From: Callorhinchus milii
Taxonomy: Eukaryota
NCBI RefSeq assembly: GCF_018977255.1
Contig: NW_024704743.1
Coordinates: 26,538,001 to 26,602,000 of the forward strand
DNA: 64,000 nucleotides
Reading direction: 5' to 3'
The position numbers were made by a program, and so were the translations under genes. The first letter of the stretch is position 1, and each line of letters opens with the position of its first letter. Under the pieces are notes generated by a model that was given only the letters and a program-made list of their open reading frames with translations, made no database searches and had not been told where the DNA came from. Shown here piece after piece: positions 62,291 through 64,000 of the stretch.

Positions 62291-64000
62291 TTAACGTGTT
62301 TGCAATGAATGTTTCAGCACTCTGAGATGCTATCCCATATGAAGGGTGCTATATAAATACAAGTTGTTGATGTTGTTGCATTTTCACTGATCTCTTTATT
62401 TCTATGAGCTCTCTTCCATCATGGAACCTGAACCACTATCCTTCATTCAGTGTTAGACACTCTGCCAATTCTATATATCATATTCAGCAGATACTAAAAG
62501 AAACAATGGACAACTTTAACCAAGTGACTCTTTTGTGACTGTACTCAATACTATTTTGGTATATGGAAACCTATTTTATCAATCAAGGTTTGTGGCAAAT
62601 TAAAGATTCTTATGTCTTTTGATTGAATTTCTCGTGCAATGCTTATTGCATTTTCTTGAAATTGCTCTTTGCTGCCCATTTTCCTCACTTCTTCTCCTGA
62701 AAGCCCAGCAGTTTGGCTCTGCCAGACATCTTCCGGTACCTCACCCAAATGATCATTCATCATAGGCGAGCTGACCATGTGTGGTTAGACTTCATTACAT
62801 GGGATGGATAGACACATCCTAAGTCTGCCCTCAGCTGAGATCCTTGCATGCATATCTTCCACCAAAGGTCATTGGTCAGTGACCATGAATGGGAATCCTT
62901 ACAATCTCTGGTGATGGTTAATCCATGTCTCTGAAAGCTGATAGAAAAGATTTTCTAACACAAGTGTTTTCTTACCTGTATCACTGTTATCCATGCGTTC
63001 TATTTCCCTAAATATTGCGCTGCTGGGGTTAATCAAGTGCCAATTGCACTTGTTTATAATAGGATTTCCTCTGCACTGTCCTTAATGTCCATCCTTGGTA
63101 TAATTATGGAATCCAAGTCAGCATTCCTTCCTGTAACCCATGAATGTCGTGGTATCTTACAGGAATTCTCCCTAAAAATGTAAATTGTGCTAGATTGAGT
63201 TCCCCTGATTTGATGTGATTTATTTCTGGATTTCTTCACTCAGGAATGTCAGTTGAAATGTCAGTTGAGCTTTAGACCCCCAGTTGATTAATTTTCTCGT
63301 TTTTTGACTCCTCTTGCTGATAAAGCAGGCACGAAACAGTTTTTTCGGCGGTTTCCAGTGCTATCACCATCTTTTCCGGGGGTAATAATTGCTTCAAAAA
63401 ATAATAATAATAAATTGGTCACTCAATCCACAACTGTTTGTGGGACGCTGCTGTGCGCAATTGCCTTCCGTGTTTCATCCAAAAACGTAAAGTTAATTCA
63501 CTTTACAGTATATTCTGTATATTTATTTAAAATCCCTTCTTCCTGTTGCATGATATTACTGGAATATCACCAACTCACTCCAGGGCGAATCAGCAGGGTA
63601 TCTTTCAAGCCGTCTTTGAAACTAATTTATACTTTATGCTTCAATGACCTTCCCAGCATCTTGTTTTATGTATATATATATGTAATAATAATCATTTTTC
63701 TCAACATATTTCTGCTTGAATTCCTGATATACTCACATTTCTAAAAATTATGCCTCCGAGTTTTCGAACCCTTTGTCAATGTGAACAATTTGTATGGATC
63801 AATTTAAATCAATCCCCTTTATAATAGAAACAATTCTGTTGGGTTATCTTAAAAGTTTCTCCTTCCCTAATAGAGCAAGATCACAAGAAAGATTTGAATG
63901 GAGAGGCCCTTTGGCCCAGTTAATCCTTTCCTTGAAGACTACACACCCTGCTGTCCACTTATCAAAGTTTCAAGGATAGATGATCAAGTAGAGTATAAAC

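Noticed and set aside
21..63979. The many 60-180 aa ORFs in the track outside the exons
   Set aside because: They are antisense shadows of exons, repeat fragments or chance ORFs with no recognisable motifs.

Overview
This is vertebrate genomic DNA, most likely a cartilaginous fish (shark or chimaera), judged from its Deu-domain SINEs and its L2 and CR1 LINEs. Most of the window is one multi-exon gene on the + strand: a Rho GEF of the PLEKHG4B / PLEKHG4 (puratrophin-1) / ARHGEF40 (Solo) family, best matching PLEKHG4B. I traced 21 coding exons (10852-58925) whose splice phases join into one uninterrupted frame, plus a probable last exon at 61371 (CTC TGA, C-terminus ...YITAL*), about 1,748 aa in total. 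The protein has a family N-terminal domain, a Sec14-like region, spectrin-like repeats, DH, PH and a Ser-rich tail. I could not find the first coding exon; it probably lies upstream of the window. Introns are dense with retroposons: a young 5'-truncated L2 with an open RT frame, a CR1 3' end, two tRNA-Deu SINE families sharing the L2 3' tail, and older repeats. The most interesting oddities are (1) a 133-bp, 96%-identical inverted repeat just upstream of an exon, (2) a duplicated copy of the DH-exon acceptor that could give a GEF-less isoform, (3) an unclassified ~600-bp structured repeat family with RT-like remnants, (4) a palindromic ~150-bp MITE-like family, (5) a rare GAG acceptor and (6) a possible switchable C-terminus. 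I found no convincing wholly new system; these are hypotheses to test.
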